A DNA stretch of 61,396 nt from a virus (Duplodnaviria > Caudoviricetes): positions 1-61,396 of IMG/VR virus record IMGVR_UViG_3300021433_000004. One strand, 5' to 3'. The notes beneath the pieces are model-generated. The model was not told the origin of the DNA. It was given only the letters and a program-made list of their open reading frames with translations, and did not search any database. A program made the translations under genes and the position numbers. The stretch's first letter is position 1. Each line of letters opens with the position of its first letter. This document shows, piece after piece, positions 57,321 through 61,396 of this stretch.

Positions 57321-58114
57321 TACTGGCCTTCTTTCCGGGGATGCAGCTCCCTATAGCGATCATTCTTGGCCTTTGAATAGAGAGTTTGAGCAGGCTCATC
57401 GCCGGTAGCCTTAGCCTCTTGCAGGGCCTCCTGAAAGGCAGTCTTGAGTGCGGTATCATTCCCTGCCGCCATGATCTGATTTGTGCGTTTTTTAACGACT
57501 TCCTCTGGCACAGGCTTATAGCTTAGCGTGGCTTCCTCCGGATTCCTGCCGTCATTGTCCATGCCCTCCGCCACAATGCCCGCCGAGGCCAGTAGGGTAT
57601 ACCGTTCCAGATAGGAGGTAGTTGACCCAATTGCTTGCACATTGTTCTTGCCGCCAGAAGTATCAGGAGGGCCGCCTAGAGTAGCCATATCTTCGACATG
57701 CCCCGATGCCGTATGCCGAAATACACAGGTCATAATCGTGCGGCCGTTCTCACCCTCGGAGGGGCGCCAGGTATGGATGATGCCCTCTTTCTTCAATTCC
57801 ACAGCGATCTGCTTGGCTGCCTTGTCGAGTTCCGCATGCCAGTAGGCCGTCTCAGTGCCGTCTTTGTTTTTGTAGGCAACTCGCTTGGTCTTATGGACTA
57901 CCGGGATGTGCTCTCGGAACCTACCTAGAGCGGCCTCGAATTGCAGCCGCGCATCTTCCCGGCGAGCTTTTGTCATGGCCTCAACCAGCATGGCGAACTG
58001 TTCTGCCCCGCCTCCGCGCTCAACGGCTATCTGCATCAGCCGTTCCCACTTGTCGGTCGGCCCTGGCACCGCAATCGCTTCCTGCTTCTCCGTGTTTTCT
58101 ATTACTTGCTCCAC
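57320..58114 (-). CDS. erf: Erf family single-strand annealing protein
   Basis: HTASGH...KNNVQAIGSTTSYLERYTL...DNDG. Confidence 0.88.
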   Translation of the reverse strand: MEQVIENTEKQEAIAVPGPTDKWERLMQIAVERGGGAEQFAMLVEAMTKARREDARLQFEAALGRFREHIPVVHKTKRVAYKNKDGTETAYWHAELDKAAKQIAVELKKEGIIHTWRPSEGENGRTIMTCVFRHTASGHVEDMATLGGPPDTSGGKNNVQAIGSTTSYLERYTLLASAGIVAEGMDNDGRNPEEATLSYKPVPEEVVKKRTNQIMAAGNDTALKTAFQEALQEAKATGDEPAQTLYSKAKNDRYRELHPRKEGQ

Positions 58115-58148
58115 AGTTAAGCCTCCTTTTGCTCAATCTTTTTGCCGT

Positions 58149-58802
58149 TTATGTCACATTCGTAACAAGGCGCACAGACTCGCGGAGCTTGATCTTTGTC
58201 GGATATTGCGGGTCTTTGTGTACAACGATTTCCGAGACTTTAACAGGGCAAGCGACGAACTTAATTCCCTCGGAATCGAATTGATAGCACATGCATGGCA
58301 TTGGGCAAAAGTGCAGACCACCTCCGCATTCCGCTTTACCGCCATCCCAATCGTCAGCCATCGGGGTAGTGCCAGGAGCATAGGACGTGCCATGCTGGCT
58401 TTTCCAGTCTGCCCGCACGATCTTGTAAAGAATGGCTATGCCCTTTACCGGAACTACGCCGTAATTGTCCAGCCATGCCTTTGCGGTAAGCGGGCCTTTA
58501 TAGGCAATCTGGACCCCTCCGGTAACTTTAGGCTTTCCGTGGATGGTTACGGCTACCTGTTTTGAGGCCATGACTTGCGAGGAACCGTAGGCCATGACTT
58601 GCGAGGAACCGTAGGCCGTGACTTGCGAGGAACCGCAGGCCGTGACTTGCGAGGAATCGTAGGCCGTGACTTGCGAGGAATCGTAGGCCGTGACTTGCGA
58701 GGAATCGTAGGCCGTGTAAACTCCACTGCGGACAATGGCCGTATCGCCAGCCGCGCATACCTTCTCTAATTCTGCCTGACTGCTAACCTCTACGTCTTTC
58801 AT
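58149..58802 (-). CDS. 8-aa-repeat protein with C-terminal DUF7666-like domain
   Basis: TAYDSSQV repeats; LYKIV...ECGGGLHFC. Confidence 0.8.
   Translation of the reverse strand: MKDVEVSSQAELEKVCAAGDTAIVRSGVYTAYDSSQVTAYDSSQVTAYDSSQVTACGSSQVTAYGSSQVMAYGSSQVMASKQVAVTIHGKPKVTGGVQIAYKGPLTAKAWLDNYGVVPVKGIAILYKIVRADWKSQHGTSYAPGTTPMADDWDGGKAECGGGLHFCPMPCMCYQFDSEGIKFVACPVKVSEIVVHKDPQYPTKIKLRESVRLVTNVT
58566..58716 (-). repeat. 24-bp tandem repeat, 6 units
   Basis: GGCCRTGACTTGCGAGGAAYCGYA units from 58566. Confidence 0.97.
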
Positions 58803-58942
58803 GCGATCTCCTCGTCTTCTCTGACTTCCGGCCACTCCAGAAACCAAGCATCCGCCTCGCCCGTCACCAGCCATAGCCGCACATACCAGTACAAGCCATG
58901 CAGCCATACCGCCGTAAAGGCCAGATTCCTTATGACTTTCAT
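58799..58942 (-). CDS. Small Trp-rich protein (47 aa)
   Basis: Abuts the upstream stop and overlaps the next start (ATGA). Confidence 0.5.
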   Translation of the reverse strand: MKVIRNLAFTAVWLHGLYWYVRLWLVTGEADAWFLEWPEVREDEEIA

Positions 58943-59518
58943 TTAGTCACACCCCCCCCTTGAGTCCAGATGCCGCTGCAAGGCACCACAGCCTAAAGTC
59001 TTATCTACTAAGTCTGTGATTGTGCTGCCATAATGGACCTGCTCTACTGGGCCCAGCACAATATCCACATTGTCGCTCCATTCCCAATCGCCATTGCTGT
59101 GCGGCTCGGAATGTCCGACCTTGCCTGCGCAGCGGTAGGTAGAGCCTTCCTCTGTGAGGGTTGCTTTGCACAGCTCTGCCGCATTGCCTTCCGCGACTGG
59201 ATCGAGGCCGAATGCCTTCGCCATCAACCTGTCAGAGAATGTGCGCGGAGGGCCGTCTTCTACTTCTGCCTGCATCTGCGGGGATTTCTGGAACTCCGCC
59301 ACGTCGGCAGGAATCTTTGCCGCATAAGAATCCGATGGCGCGGCGACGAACGTCATCCTCATCCCGACCTTGTAACGTCCAACATCCTCCAATGGAATCT
59401 TGAAGTGAGCATAGCTGTACTCCGGCGGGTCTTGTTTGGCCGAGTAGCCGTCGAGTTGGAGTTCTCCATGGTCTGCCGAAATGACTATCGCATTGATGGT
59501 GAGTTCTTTTGTGATCAT
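58943..59518 (-). CDS. Hypothetical protein, first gene of the leftward early operon
   Basis: ATG 59518 with GAGG RBS. Confidence 0.7.
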   Translation of the reverse strand: MITKELTINAIVISADHGELQLDGYSAKQDPPEYSYAHFKIPLEDVGRYKVGMRMTFVAAPSDSYAAKIPADVAEFQKSPQMQAEVEDGPPRTFSDRLMAKAFGLDPVAEGNAAELCKATLTEEGSTYRCAGKVGHSEPHSNGDWEWSDNVDIVLGPVEQVHYGSTITDLVDKTLGCGALQRHLDSRGGCD

Positions 59519-59535
59519 TGTGATTGGCCTCGGGA

Positions 59536-59632
59536 AGCATATTGGCACGAAGCCGGATTGTGTGTCAAGAAAATTCACACATTAGCATTATTTTCTTGAC
59601 TTACACATTTAGATTGCTGTACGGTCCCTTCC
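59536..59632. promoter_or_regulatory. Divergent promoter/operator region
   Basis: TTGACA (minus, 59563-59568) and TTGACT (plus, 59596-59601) lie in the inverted repeat GTCAAGAAAAT/ATTTTCTTGAC; direct repeat ACACATT twice. Confidence 0.7.
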
Positions 59633-59779
59633 ATGAACAGCCCAATCATATATGTCAGGCTGCCAGAGCCGCTCAAGAAAGAAGTTGCGCAGCTGGCAAA
59701 GAAGGAGTACCAAACGGTATCCACGATGCTGCGAATGCTAGTCCGCGAGGCTCTAACGGCGAGGAAGGCATCGAAGTGA
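59633..59779 (+). CDS. Ribbon-helix-helix (Arc/CopG-like) regulator
   Basis: MNSPIIYVRLPEPLKKEVAQLAKKEYQTVSTMLRMLVREAL; not in the ORF track (48 aa). Confidence 0.85.
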   Translation: MNSPIIYVRLPEPLKKEVAQLAKKEYQTVSTMLRMLVREALTARKASK

Positions 59780-59843
59780 TCAAATCCAGCCCCAAGACTC
59801 GCCGCTGCGATCATGCGCTTGCGGCGGCAGCGGAGGGCGTGAA

Positions 59844-60143
59844 GTGAGGAAGCATGGGCGCAGTGACGCGAATCAGGCCTTAATCATTAAGGCCCTGCGG
59901 CAGGCTGGGATATCTGTGCAGCCTTTGCAGTCAGTCGGATGCGGCTGTCCAGACTTACTCTGCGGCTATTTGGGAGCGAATACGCTTCTAGAAGTGAAGG
60001 ATGCGGCCCAACCGCCCAGTGGGCGAAGGTTAACGCCAGAACAGCAGGAATGGCAGGCAGGATGGCGCGGCCAGGTTAATGTAGTCGAAACGCCAGAACA
60101 GGCGATTAGGATTTGCCAATTGCAATCCGAGTTGCCCTTTTGA
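59844..60143 (+). CDS. VRR-NUC/PD-(D/E)XK nuclease (resolvase-like)
   Basis: DANQ...GCPDLL...LLEVKD...LTPEQQEW. Confidence 0.85.
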   Translation: MRKHGRSDANQALIIKALRQAGISVQPLQSVGCGCPDLLCGYLGANTLLEVKDAAQPPSGRRLTPEQQEWQAGWRGQVNVVETPEQAIRICQLQSELPF

Positions 60144-60165
60144 ACTTTAGGGAGGCACAGAAAGC

Positions 60166-60312
60166 ATGAAGCCAAAGCTGAAGCCGCACGAATTTCTCTA
60201 TGAAGGCAAATTGCCAGAAGAGTTCGATGCGCTCACAGATTGGACCCTAGGCAGCATCAAGCTCCTGCTTAAATTCGCAGAACTTTACCATGAGACCGCT
60301 AACGCGGAGTGA
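60166..60312 (+). CDS. Small hypothetical protein (48 aa)
   Basis: GGAGG RBS. Confidence 0.55.
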   Translation: MKPKLKPHEFLYEGKLPEEFDALTDWTLGSIKLLLKFAELYHETANAE

Positions 60313-60321
60313 GGCACAGAG

Positions 60322-60816
60322 ATGACGACTGAACACATTTTGGGCATGGAACCTGAGAATGTAGCACGGCAGATGATTCGTAACTACTTAAGCCTGAACA
60401 CCAGAAAAAGCGTTTTGCCTGAATCGTGCGTGAGTTTGATGATGGAGTTTAATGAATGGTTAGTCAGCACCAATGAGACTTACCAGAAACTCGTCCTCGA
60501 CAAAATCAATACGTCCCTCCCGTCTCCAATGGTAATCGAGCGGCCTAACAGCCCTGCTATATCTGACCTCGCGGAATTAGAAGGCATTATCAGTGAACTT
60601 AGGGCACAACTATATAGGGCGAATGCGGCTTACGTGTCTCAGTCGGACTTGCAGTCGCGCCTCCAGGCAGCCGAGCAACGGCTCCAGACTATGCAGGATG
60701 CGCTTCGAAGACTGTTGTTTGCATGTAACAACCAGAATCAAATTACAACTTTCGGCGGATTACTAGAGCGAATTCTGGCTGAGGCTGAGAAGGCGCTGGC
60801 TGCCAGCTCAAAGTAA
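60322..60816 (+). CDS. Coiled-coil hypothetical protein
   Basis: 164 aa ORF with heptad-rich C-terminal half. Confidence 0.7.
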   Translation: MTTEHILGMEPENVARQMIRNYLSLNTRKSVLPESCVSLMMEFNEWLVSTNETYQKLVLDKINTSLPSPMVIERPNSPAISDLAELEGIISELRAQLYRANAAYVSQSDLQSRLQAAEQRLQTMQDALRRLLFACNNQNQITTFGGLLERILAEAEKALAASSK

Positions 60817-60834
60817 AAAATGAAAAGGAGCACC

Positions 60835-61396
60835 ATGAAAGGCTACAAAGGCTTCAACGATAAGCTGCAATGCACGCCCGAAGGCAAAGTGTTTCAATAC
60901 GAAGTCGGCAAGGAATACGTTGAGCCGAAGGCCGAGCTTTGCCAAACTGGATTCCACTTCTGCGAGAATCCGCTAGACGTGCTGCGTTACTACCAGCCTG
61001 CGACCGGGCGCTATGCGGAGGTTGAGGCTGAGGAAGTTTCCGACAAGAAGGAATCGGATTCCAAGCGGGTCTCTAAGAAGTTGAAGATCGTTGCCGAAAT
61101 CAAGCTGAAGTCGCTGATTGATCTTGGGGTAAAGTTTCTACTGGAGAAGGCTGACAAGCCTGTCTCGGGCGACTCCAGCCCTGCCGCGACTTCGGGCTAC
61201 TCCAGCCCTGCCGCGACTTCGGGCGACTCCAGCCCTGCCGCGACTTCGGGCTACTCCAGCCCTGCCGCGACTTCGGGCTACTACAGCCCTGCCGCGACTT
61301 CGGGCTACTACAGCCCTGCCGCGACTTCGGGCTACTACAGCCCTGCCGCGACTTCGGGCTACTACAGCCCTGCCGCGACGTCGGGCAACTCCAGCC
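60835..61396 (+). CDS. DUF7666-like protein with 9-aa repeats (N-terminal part; continues at base 2)
   Basis: AGGAG RBS; MKGYKGFNDKLQC...FQYEVGKEY...CQTGFHFCENPLDVLRYY; open to the window end. Confidence 0.88.
   Translation, partial: MKGYKGFNDKLQCTPEGKVFQYEVGKEYVEPKAELCQTGFHFCENPLDVLRYYQPATGRYAEVEAEEVSDKKESDSKRVSKKLKIVAEIKLKSLIDLGVKFLLEKADKPVSGDSSPAATSGYSSPAATSGDSSPAATSGYSSPAATSGYYSPAATSGYYSPAATSGYYSPAATSGYYSPAATSGNSS
61165..61396 (+). repeat. 27-bp tandem repeat, 8 full units plus a partial
   Basis: Same unit as at 2-148. Confidence 0.97.

Larger units (their letters stand above)
1..61396. mobile_element. Near-complete P22-like (podovirus-type) bacteriophage genome, circularly permuted
   Basis: TerS-TerL-portal-scaffold-coat-gp4-gp10-ejection gene order; no tape measure or sheath; no host housekeeping genes; both ends lie in the same repeat array and the same gene. 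Confidence 0.93.

Noticed and set aside
58566-58716. 24-bp repeats as CRISPR or iterons
   Set aside because: Head-to-tail units lie inside an ORF and encode an 8-aa repeat
1-61396. tRNA, rRNA, integrase or att site
   Set aside because: None recognised by eye; tRNAscan and HMM searches are needed to exclude them

Overview
The window looks like an essentially complete ~61.4 kb tailed dsDNA phage genome with a P22-like podovirus morphogenesis module. It is opened inside a 27-bp tandem repeat, so one gene starts at 60835, runs off the right end and finishes at 343. A rightward arm (59633-61396 then 1-9776) carries an RHH regulator, VRR-NUC nuclease, ASCH protein, a two-frame C5 DNA methyltransferase, DUF1643, a 2OG-Fe(II)-like enzyme and lipoproteins. 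A long leftward arm (59518 to 9821) carries Erf/YqaJ recombination, DUF5131, helicase, primase Zn-finger, HNH, LuxR-HTH, terminase, portal, scaffold, coat, gp4/gp10-like tail hub, ejection proteins, ~17 kb of adhesin-like genes and lysis genes. I recognise no integrase, CI repressor, DNA polymerase, tape measure, tRNA or CRISPR array. The style of the secreted proteins suggests an Acidobacteriota host (inference only). Two candidate new systems stand out. (1) Nearly all putative tail-fibre and decoration proteins carry Sec-type signal peptides and are Cys/Thr/Ser/Gly-rich, implying export and oxidative folding of virion parts outside the cytoplasm. (2) An acyl carrier protein and a GNAT acyltransferase are coupled inside the tail/ejection operon, suggesting phage-directed acylation of virion proteins. 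All family assignments are from motif recognition by eye, not database searches.
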